A stretch of 64,000 nt of DNA from the human T2T-CHM13v2.0 reference genome, Homo sapiens. The position numbers were made by a program, and so were the translations under genes. The stretch lies in assembly GCF_009914755.1 (NCBI RefSeq), contig NC_060933.1. One strand, given 5' to 3'. This document shows positions 54,189 through 64,000 of the stretch, piece after piece. Numbering within the stretch: position 1 is the first letter of the stretch; every line of letters starts with the position of its first letter. Below the pieces are notes generated by a model. It worked only from the letters and a program-made list of their open reading frames with translations. It ran no database searches and was not told the origin of the DNA.

Positions 54189-56299
54189 CATGGCATTCTT
54201 AATATCTATCATAGACTCTACCACTTGGTATGGGCCCAGTTTGTGCTGGATAAATGGATGACTGAAGCATTCAGAAGAAAAGTATGTGTGAGAAATGATT
54301 TCCTAGACCTTTAGCCCTATAGAGTAAAAGCAAATAATTTATTGAGGGGCACTGAGCTGTAAACATTTTCTACCTTAAGTCTCAAAACATACATAACCGA
54401 TTGTTCGCAATTTACCTATGAGGGCTCTGAGATTTGCCTGTGGTCATACAGCTCCTAAGGAGCAATAACAATATCAGAACCTGTGTTTTGCTGCTACCAG
54501 TGCCTGTTTTCACAACCATGCTCTTCTCTTCTGGGTCACTGACTTGGCTAGTGAGAAATATAACATTCCCTCTGTCTGCTATACTATTTCTTTCTGCTTG
54601 TATACTGATGACGCTTTTACTTCATTCATGCCTCTGCTTAATTGTCACCTCCTCCAAGAAGCCTGACGTGATCACTGTGTATAAAGCAAAACTTTCCAAT
54701 TCCTTATCCTTCTTTATTTTTCTTTATATCACTTATAACCACTGGAAATACATGTTTATTTTCTCTCTGCTGCTGCCCCATCCCCATCTCTTCCCAGAAT
54801 GTTATTTCCATGAGGGCAAGGACCTTAATCTCTCTTGCTAACTGCTATTTTACCAACATCCAGAATAGTACCTGACACATAAACCTGCTCAGCACGTATT
54901 TATGAAATGACTGAGAGGATGACTGAAAAACCCTGGGTCAGATAGTTAAATATCCGTTTAATGTCAGATATGATCTTTCTCTTGCAGGACCCTGGTTTCT
55001 TTATCAGTCAGAAAAGATACGAAGTGCCAGACCTGAGGCTTCCCTGTAAATACGGGAAGGGCTAACAGGACGGGTTTAGGAGCTTACCAAAAAAATAAGA
55101 TATCATTATTATCATTGCAAAGCACATGTGCACATACTCCATGGACACAGATCTTTCATCCTCTCCAGGTAGAACATCCCAGGTGACTGCCAAAACTTCC
55201 CTGGGCTGGGATGCACAGGCTAGCCTCAAAGTGCCAGCTTTTGCCACACCCAGGAGAAAGGCCTCCACTAAGCCAAATCAGTGTCTCAGTGTTAAGACTA
55301 TTTTTTGAACAGAGAAGTATGGGGCAGCATTTGTGGCACCAACACTTGGTGGCCACATAATATTGGGTGAGTCACTTGCACAAAACCAAAGTAATGATAA
55401 CACCCATCTTTGAGGGCACTTGCTAGAATCAAATGAACTGATCATTTTACAAACACTTTCTGACATACAAAGCTTAACACTGATGTAAGACCCTAACCTT
55501 AGACGTGAAAGCCAGGCTGAGCAATTCAGACCTGACTGTGACTTGGGAACAATGGGAGGATTCCGAGCGAGGAACAGACACATTAAGGCATATCTTTGGG
55601 AAGCAAACCTGGTAGTGTGTGCAGGCTGGGCCTCTGCTGTTGGTTCCTTTTTTTCCTTCTAGATTGTGCCTGGGGAAGGGGGAGGGGAGAGAGGTAGAAT
55701 CTGCAGTGTGGGAAATCCCACTTTGACTCTACCACTTGCAGAAGGGAGTGGGGGTGGCAGGGAACAGACTTGGGTGACAGGCACCACTTGTGCCACCCTG
55801 ATTAACTGGGAAAATGCAAATCTGCACTTCCTTCCCCGCCGCAGCTAACAAGATAATGAATATTTTCATCAGCTGCAGAGAATACAAACATCTGTAGGAA
55901 CACCAAACCTACTCTCAAGGGTTGGGGGAGGAGGGGAGGACGCGGAGGTGGGGAAACGCAGCTTCTCTGCAGATTTAGGGAAGAGGAAATGTGCTGAGAT
56001 GCTGGAAGGATGGCTGGGAGCTGGAAATGGGCAGCTCTGGCTGGCGCCTCCCATGCATGGTACAACGGGGAATAGCTAACTGTCCTCCACCCCTCATATC
56101 TGCTGTTCATTCGTGGTTGTGCATGTTGTCACTTTGTCCAGCAACCTTCAATTTATTCACCTGCACCTGCATCGATCCCTCTGCCCTTCCACTCATCAAG
56201 TCACTAAACATTTGCTGATTGCTATTGTGTCCCAGGCATGAACCTAGGCTCTCAGAGAACACAGATAAATGAGACATCCCTTGTCCTGTTGTCTTAAAG

Positions 56300-56900
56300 T
56301 AGCTCATTCATTCACTTAATGATTAAATTCTTATTAATGAAGTACCTGCTGTGTGGTAGGTACTCACAATCCTGTTGAAATAGACATGGGAACTGGCCTA
56401 CTCTTGAAGGTGCTCTCTGCAAGAGAAGAGCGCAGAGTAGGAAGGATCACTCAGCCTTTCACGGAAAGAGGTGTTCAAAGAAGACTCCTGGAGGAGTTGG
56501 CGGACTCCTGATGTCAATCAAGAATGAATCAGAGTATTTTAGGCAGAGAAACTAGAAGAGCATTCCAGGTAGAGGGAACAGCATGTACAAAGTCAAGTAG
56601 GCATGAGGAATCCCAGGGAACTCAGGGAACTACAAGCAGCTCTGTAGAAATGGGTGATAGCAGGTAAGACAAGGGGTGGGAACAGTGACGGGAGACACTT
56701 GAGAGATGGGCTTGAGTCCAGGTATCTGGAACTGTGTCCACCAAGATAAAGAGGTTAGACTTTATCCTGGGCACAATGAGGAGGCCCTGATGAGCTCTGA
56801 GCAGGGGAGTGATCTAATGAGACCTGCATGTTAGACGATCATTCTGGCTGCTATATGGAGAATGAATTGGAGTGAATTCAGGATGAAGAAGAGCAAGGGA
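56300..56900 (-). mobile_element. L2 fragment (approximate)
   Basis: cattcattcac... followed by cattccaggtagagggaacagcatgtacaaag and gatcattctggctgctatatggagaatgaattgg. Confidence 0.65.
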
Positions 56901-57513
56901 GCTGTTGAGGATTCCTGTCCCTTATGCAATATTCAGAAAGAATTGGAGAGAACACTCTGTGGGTGCTGGCGAAGATTCTTAGATGTGGACATGCAGCTTT
57001 GCCATTTAATCAGGTCTGGTCTGTGGCTTTGCATAGCTCCCTGAGAGTCAGGGCCTACTAATAATTCCTCCTTTGTGGAGTTTTCAGTGAAGAACTAATG
57101 AGATAATTTGTGTCAAAGTGACCTACAAGGTCTGAGGCACTGTTGAAATATTAGTTATCAGTTATTTAATTATAGCTGTAATATTGGCTCTAATCATTAC
57201 TTTACTCTTTCATTCTTATAGCTGATATTCAGAAATGAAAAATGGTAAAAAATTGGAGCCTCAAGGTCCTGGTTTTGCCACTTGTTGTCTGTGAGCTTGG
57301 AAAATCCCCTGCATCTCTGTGCTTCAGTTTCCACATCTCTGAAATGGGGATGATATTTTTCTCTTTGTCTATCTTGCAGGGCCTCCAAGGGGAACTAATT
57401 TGGATAATTGACACTGAAGTGCTTTGAAAAACATAAATGCTTAGCAACTTGAAGTAGGTGGATGTGGACTCTTATCTATTGAGTACCTGTCATGATCCCC
57501 ACTTTTGTAGATT

Positions 57514-57880
57514 AGGTGTTGGCAAACTATTAACTGCAGGCCAAATCCAGACTTCTGCCTGTTTTGTATATTCCATGAATTAAGAATGGTTTTTACATTT
57601 TTTATTGCCTGGAAAAAAATTAAAAGGTAATAATATTTTGTGTGACATGTGAAAATTCTATAATCTTCAAAATTCAGTGTCCATAAATGAAGTTTTATTG
57701 GAATGCACTCACAACACACTGAGTAAATGGGTGGAGGGATGGATTGGCTTCCATGCAAGAGTTGTCTATGGCTGTTTTGCCAGTGCAACAGCAAAGCTGA
57801 TTACTTGCAACAAAGATCAGGTAGCTGGAAAGCTCAAAATATTTACTATTGAGGCCTTTTCAGAAAGTTTGTTCACCCCT
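57514..57880 (+). mobile_element. MER58B-like DNA transposon
   Basis: Imperfect TIRs aggtgttggcaaact...agtttgttcacccct; internal taagaatggtttttacattttt and cagtgtccataaatgaagttttattggaa. Confidence 0.85.
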
Positions 57881-59144
57881 ACTTCAGACATATTGACTTA
57901 TTTGATTGTTGCAACCCTATGACATTGGGATTTGTTATTTCTCTCCGTTTCACAGATGATGAAACTGAGGCTCAGAGAAATTGGCTCATTTTCCCAAAGA
58001 GATACAGAATAAAAACTACTTCAATTCCATGACTACTTTATTCCAATGTCTGTTCTCTTTTTACTGCACCATGATGCTCTCATAAGAGGCAAATTTTCCT
58101 CCTTTCTGAGGACCCCCAATAATCATGGCTTCAGTGGCTGTCCTCCTCCAGACTACAAACTGTGTGAGGGTAGAGATTGAGACAATCTTGTTTGTCACTG
58201 TCTATGCAATGTTTAGCATGTCGTTTGGCATGCAGTAGGTGCTGAATAGTAATTCTCGCTGTTTTGGACACATGTGCTAGGGGTAGCCACTTCATTCTAT
58301 CACAGTTTCCCCCAGCATTTATGAGCATCAGTCTTAAATTTATAAGGTATACTCATTTTCTCCTTTCCTTTTTGGAAGTGAGTATCACTCTGCCCCCTGA
58401 ATGCAGCAATTTGGAGACATTAGCACACCTTCTGTTCACACAACCACTCAGCGCCCCCGAAAACCATCTTCAAATACCCAAAACTTCTTCTCCAGGCCAA
58501 ACCCATCACTCAGACTTCCTGCAAAGAGGCAAGAGAATACCTATGGAGGGTATTCTATGGAGGGTGATATGCTGGGAGAAAACACAGCCTCGGTTTGTTT
58601 AAGGATGTAGAGTCAGCTAGACCTGGATGTTCATCCTAACTCCCACAATGATTGGCTGTGTGACATAGGGTAAGGTCTTTTACCTCTCTGAGTTTGTTTC
58701 TTTGTGGGTAAAGTGGGGATGCTAAACCCCAGCTGTCAGGGTTACAGAGAGGACTGAATAGGATGATAGGTGGAGAATTTGCATTCCAGCATTGGGTTAA
58801 TAGTAGATACCCAGTAAGCTCTCCTATGGTTTCTTTTTTCTGCAACATGCAAAGCACTGAGCTAGGCCATTGCAGGTGGGTCTCTGCGAGAGGGTGAGGG
58901 AGAGAAACAACCAGATAACTCCAGTACCAGCAGGGTAAGAGTGCTGCAGAGGAAGCCCAGAGAAAGAGAAACAGGATGTAGCTTTCACTGAGCATCCCTT
59001 GGGGGCCAAATATTCTGAACACATCACTCACAGAACCTCTGAGTCTTTCCAACACTCCTATGATATAAGGTGCATTTTTTTCACCTCATGGATAAGAGAG
59101 CTGACCAGAGAAATCACATGTCTGGGCCAAGGTCATACAGCTAG

Positions 59145-59564
59145 TGTGGCAGAGGCTGTGATGCTCCGGCCAGGTTCCCTTCAAGCGGGGACTGGTCCCA
59201 GATGCTGCCTGTGTCGCTAGCATGCAGTCTTTAGCTGTCAGCCCTTATGGGGACTGCCTCGGCCTCATCTAAGGTCCTGCCCCTGCTCGGTATGACCCAC
59301 AACCATGACTGGTTATTGCAGGAGTATCAAGATCTAAATGTCTTAGCCCAGTTTGAGCCAATGCTGAAGGGCCTCTTTAGTCCTGAGCTCCCTATGGGGT
59401 TGGCTGAGGTTGTCATTGAGCCTGTAGGGCAGCTGAACTTCTTCTCCCTGGTCCTCCTTCTGCCCTGTCCCTTCCAAGGTGTCAATACCAAAGCCACTCC
59501 TTAAAAAACATTCTGCTTGTTGAACTCAGATTCTGTTTTCTTAGCAAACCCAGTTTGCAATGAC
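59145..59564 (+). mobile_element. LTR16-like (ERVL) solo LTR
   Basis: tgtggcag...agctgtcagccct...ggggactgcctcggc...gagctccctatggggttggctgagg...aacccagtttgcaatgaca. Confidence 0.7.
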
Positions 59565-60469
59565 AGTTACTCAGTGATGAAACTAACAATTGAACCACAT
59601 CTATTTATTTCTCCATTTAACCTCTTTCTGTGGATAACTTCATTACTATTAATAGATAAAGTCATTCATTCATTTACTTATTCAAATATTTCCTGAATCT
59701 TCCAAGAAGTGTGATCCCTTTCTTAATCCCTGCCTTCAAGGAGTTTAGAGTACAATAAGCTTACATTAGTTGTTTCTGATATAATTGTCGTCCTACATTT
59801 ATGTGAGTGCTGACATTTGAGAACTTTAACTGTTCTTGTTATTTTAATTGGAAGTTGAGAGCAGTATAAATTTTAAAAAATAATAATGGTCTAATGCAGA
59901 CATCAGTCTAATCCTCAGTTCTTCTGAGATGCCCCCACCGTACCTTTGTATCTGCATGTGCCTGCATACTCAACCCCACCACTTCTGCTTTTGTCTCCAT
60001 TTTCCTCCTCATTTAATTCTGTGTCAATCCTCTTTATCTTTGAGAGACGCTGTGTGAAATGCTGATACCTCTACAAAATACGTGCTAATGACAAATTTGA
60101 GGACTGAAACAGCATGGGCTGAATTAGGGTAATTCAGCCCAAGAGGGTTCCTTCTGAGCAGAGGCCAAATTCTACCTGAGAGCATCATCCGATATGGCAG
60201 AGCAGCCTAATGAACCTTTCCTTGCAGAGAAAGCCCTGTTCTCCTTCTCTCTCTGCATTCATCAACCAGACACCCTGCAGCTGAGTGCACAGACAGTTCC
60301 TGGCCCCAGAGTCGGGCTAGGCAAGGTCTCCAGGCTATTCAAAACCCCTTCCCCACAGCAATACCATCTACCTCCAATCTAGCTAGCTCAGTACTTTCCT
60401 TAAGCCACCGCATTAGGGACTTGAAGTGTAAACTAGTTTGACCTTTCTTAAGGGTATGTGATATTGGGT

Positions 60470-60930
60470 ATCAACATTTAAATATGCATATCTCTTGCCC
60501 AAGAGGTTTTGCTTCTGGGATTTATCCTAAGAAGACAAGCAGACAAGTGTGCACAGCTGTATTTACAAGGATGCTTACTGCAACATAGTTTACGATAGTC
60601 AAAAGCTGGAAACAATCTAAATATCTATCAATAGGTGATTGATTAAATGAATTATAAGTCTAGGTAATAGAATACTGTACAGGCATTAAAAAATACGGCT
60701 GATCTTTAAAAAATAGAAGGGAAAAATCTCTAGGGGGTATTATTAAGTAAAAAAAAAGACAAGTGTACACTGTACCATCCTTACATGTTTCTGTATATAA
60801 CATGTGACTGAAAGCACAGAGTGACACTTGGAAGGAAGTCCACTAAAATATGAAGGTGGTCACCAGCATATGGAACTTCAGAGTTTTTTAACCTGTTAAT
60901 TTTTAGAAATATTGCTTGGATTTTCTACAG
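60470..60930 (+). mobile_element. Old L1M (L1ME-like) 3' fragment
   Basis: ttctgggatttatcctaag...acaaggatgcttactgcaacatagttt...ctggaaacaatctaaatatctatcaatagg. Confidence 0.7.
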
Positions 60931-61244
60931 AAACATATGCTAATTTTATTGGGGGAGGGAATAAGCGTTGTGTGGCCTTGGGCAAATAATTTTCTCTTTC
61001 AATACTGAGTGAAAAGGGGGCTACTATTACCTGTCAATATAACTATTAAGTATTAAAAGAAAATGTATCTAAGGTGTTTAAAAGAGAGCCTAAAACATGG
61101 CAAGCCTCCATTTATGGTCACTGGTAATAGTTATTATAAAGATCCCGGGATAGGGCAGACATCCTATACAAATGGCCTAAAACTATGACAAAGAGACGAC
61201 AACCCCCACTGGGCCAAACTTGAGCCCTCTTACCCCCATGGGTA

Positions 61245-62180
61245 TACACGCACAAATACACACGTGCACTGACACACACACTCATCTCACATTCACAAAA
61301 CACCAGTTACACTCACATACACTTAACCACACATGGTCACATCACACACATTCACACTCATGCACACATATACAGGCATACATTCACATACATGCCCTCA
61401 CACAATTCACACTCATACACACAAACACATACATTCACACTCACACATAAACACACACATTCATACTCACACAAACTCAGTCACATCACACACACAAGCA
61501 CACACATTCACAGTAACATACACATAAATGCACACACACTCACATACACAAACACATGCATTCATACTAATCACATGCATTCATACTCATACACCTAAAC
61601 AGTCACATCACACACAAGCATACATATTTACAGTCAGATACCCGTAAATGCACCCACATTCGCACTCACATACACAAATACACACATTCACACTCACACA
61701 TTCATAGTCATACACTTAAACAGTCATATCACACACACAAGCTCACACATTCAGTCACATACACATAAACGCACATACATTCATATTCATATACATCTAA
61801 ACACACACACATTCATACACATATGCTTGAACACACAGTCACCTCACACACAAACACATATCTTCATACTCACACATAAACACACACATTCACACTCACA
61901 TACACTTAAACACACACATTCATACTTACACATAAACACACACATTCATACTTATACACCTAAACACAGTAACATCACACACAGAAGCACACAGATTGAT
62001 AGTCACACAAACACACACATTCACACTCACACATAAACACACACAATCATACTCACATACTTAAAACAGTTGCATCACACACACATAAACACATACATTC
62101 ATGCTCACATACAGTTATGCATACCCAGAAATACACATATAAGAACACACAATCCTACATATACACACACACACACACAC
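61245..62180 (+). repeat. Degenerate CA-rich tandem array with a higher-order unit of about 100-145 bp
   Basis: Landmark (c/g)agtcacatcacacac recurs near 61335, 61478, 61600, 61721, 61836, 61967 and 62067; the array ends in pure (CA)n. Confidence 0.9.
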
Positions 62181-63541
62181 AGGTGTGCATGTTTAGAAGA
62201 TGGAGAGAATGAGGCCTGAAGAATTGACTCAATGGGAACCCGCCCCTTCCCTGCCTGCCAACCTACTCACACCCTAGGTACCCTCCACACAGGCTCCAGC
62301 TGCTTTTTGCTGGCTCCCAGAGCTTATCTCCCTATGAGAGGAGGGAGGGGTGGCTTGGGAGAGACGAGGGTGATTGTTCAGGTTTAATTAAGCATGCCAC
62401 CCAGAGACAGGCTTGGCGGATGCACTGTAAGACACATTCCGCTGAACTCAGAACCTCTGTTCTCTAGGCGTATGCAGGCCTGACAAAACATTTCAAAGCA
62501 GAGGAGAACATTAGGAACGGAGGGAGCTGACAGCTCCTAATAGCACAGTAACAAGGAGACACTAATAAAGCGTGTGGCTGTGAGCTGAGCAGCTCCAGAG
62601 ACAGACGGAGACTACAGGCCTTCTTCAAAGGCATGTTGGCCATGCATGGACCTTGCTTTTGGTGACTTCTGTCCTCCACACATCACAGAACAGGGATATA
62701 ACCTCTTGGTGTACTATGCTCAGAACCCTCGTGAGCAGGGGTCCCTGCAGCCAGAACTAGCAGATCCATCCTTGCTGAGAGCCCTCTTAACAATGATGGG
62801 GAACAGAGGAATGGAGCAATGTGGTAAATATCTCCAGAAGGAAGGAAAACAGGGAGGGAGAGAAGGAAGAAAGTCCTCCATTTCCTAATGGCATATCTAT
62901 GGTAAAAAAGTACTAATTACTTCCATAAGCAACCCATGCAACTATTCATAGATCTAGTTATCTTTTCAAGACAAATGTCACTAAACACCTACTTTGTGCC
63001 AAACTCTATGCATTGAAGATGAAAACAAAACAAAACAAATCAGAAAAATAAAAAAGACCTTGTCTTCAAGCACTTAGCAGTCTAGTAGGGAAGTCATACA
63101 AGTAAAAAAGACAATTAGAATATATTGTAAACTCCCAAATCCAATGCTCTCTCTCCACTTTCTTGTTAAATTCTTCTTTGAAAAAGAGTTATGTCACTGA
63201 TTCCAATTTCTCACCACTCATCCTCACTCAACCCATTCCTATCTGCTTTTTGCCATTATTTATTCCACATATCCCACCTTACCGTGGTTATTGATGACCT
63301 CCAATTTGCCAAAACTGCTGGTCTCTCTTACTCTTAGGTGACCTCTGAGTAGCCTATGACACAGAGGACCAAACTCTCCTTAAGAAGCATGTTCTCCTGG
63401 AGATCCTGTGACTTCCCAGCATCTGGTGTTTCTCTGCCTCCCTGACCCCTCCTCCATCACTGGCTGACTTTTTGTTTTCTTGTCTCCATTTCCAAATAAT
63501 CTTTCTGAGCTCTTTTTCTACCTACATTTCCCCTAGACAAT

Positions 63542-63885
63542 TGCTATGGTCTGAATATTTCTGTCCCTGATAAATTAATCTGTTGAAATTCTAATGCCCA
63601 AGATCATGGTATTAGAAGGTGAGGCCTTTGGGAAGTGATTAAATCATGAGGGTGGAACCCTCCTAAATGGGTTTAGTGCCCTGAGAGACCCGCTTGCCTC
63701 TTCCACCATTTGAGGATACAGCAAGAAGGCACTGTCTGTGAGCTAGAAAGTGGGCTCTCAACAGACAGCAAATCTGCCTTGATTTTGGACTTCCCACCCT
63801 CCAGGACTATAAGAAATAAATTTATGTTGTTTATAGATTATCCAGTTTATGATATTTTGTATGGGAGCACAAATGAATTAAGAAG
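63542..63885 (+). mobile_element. MLT1A-like MaLR solo LTR
   Basis: tgctatggtctgaat...ggtattagaaggtgaggcctttgggaagtgatt...ttggacttcccaccctcc...agaaataaattt; TSD acaat (63537-63541 / 63886-63890). Confidence 0.88.
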
Positions 63886-64000
63886 ACAATCTCATCTAAA
63901 ATATTTTAAAATCATCTATGCTCTGGTGACTACTAAATGGGTAAGTTTGGGACTCAACTGTGAGGTGTATTTGCCCATCAAATGAAATTATTATGACCAG

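Overview
Human genomic DNA (contains an AluYa5 and an AluYc1-type element; CpG-depleted), almost entirely intronic. Three internal coding exons of ASTN2 (astrotactin-2) lie on the minus strand at 28527-28403 (125 nt), 24109-24005 (105 nt) and 20969-20790 (180 nt). All have canonical AG/GT boundaries, splice into one open frame and encode the entry into the MACPF/perforin-like domain. The rest is intron filled with transposable elements: a degenerate two-LTR ERVL provirus with readable RT and integrase remnants, ten Alus, L1PA/L1PB/L1MC fragments, MLT1/MLT2/MST/LTR16 solo LTRs, MER58, L2 and MIR, plus microsatellites. No prokaryotic-type system, RNA gene or CRISPR array is present, and I cannot claim a new biological system. 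The best leads are: (i) a candidate 61-nt stop-containing cryptic exon directly upstream of a ~930-nt UG-rich array; (ii) an inverted-Alu-flanked 285-nt exon pair that would circularise into a stop-free frame with a strong Kozak AUG; (iii) a circularly permuted local duplication; (iv) a spacer-less tail-to-tail Alu fusion; (v) a perfect CTCF core in a CpG-retaining patch; (vi) neuronal-type motif clusters. Repeat family names come from recalled consensus features and should be confirmed with RepeatMasker/Dfam.
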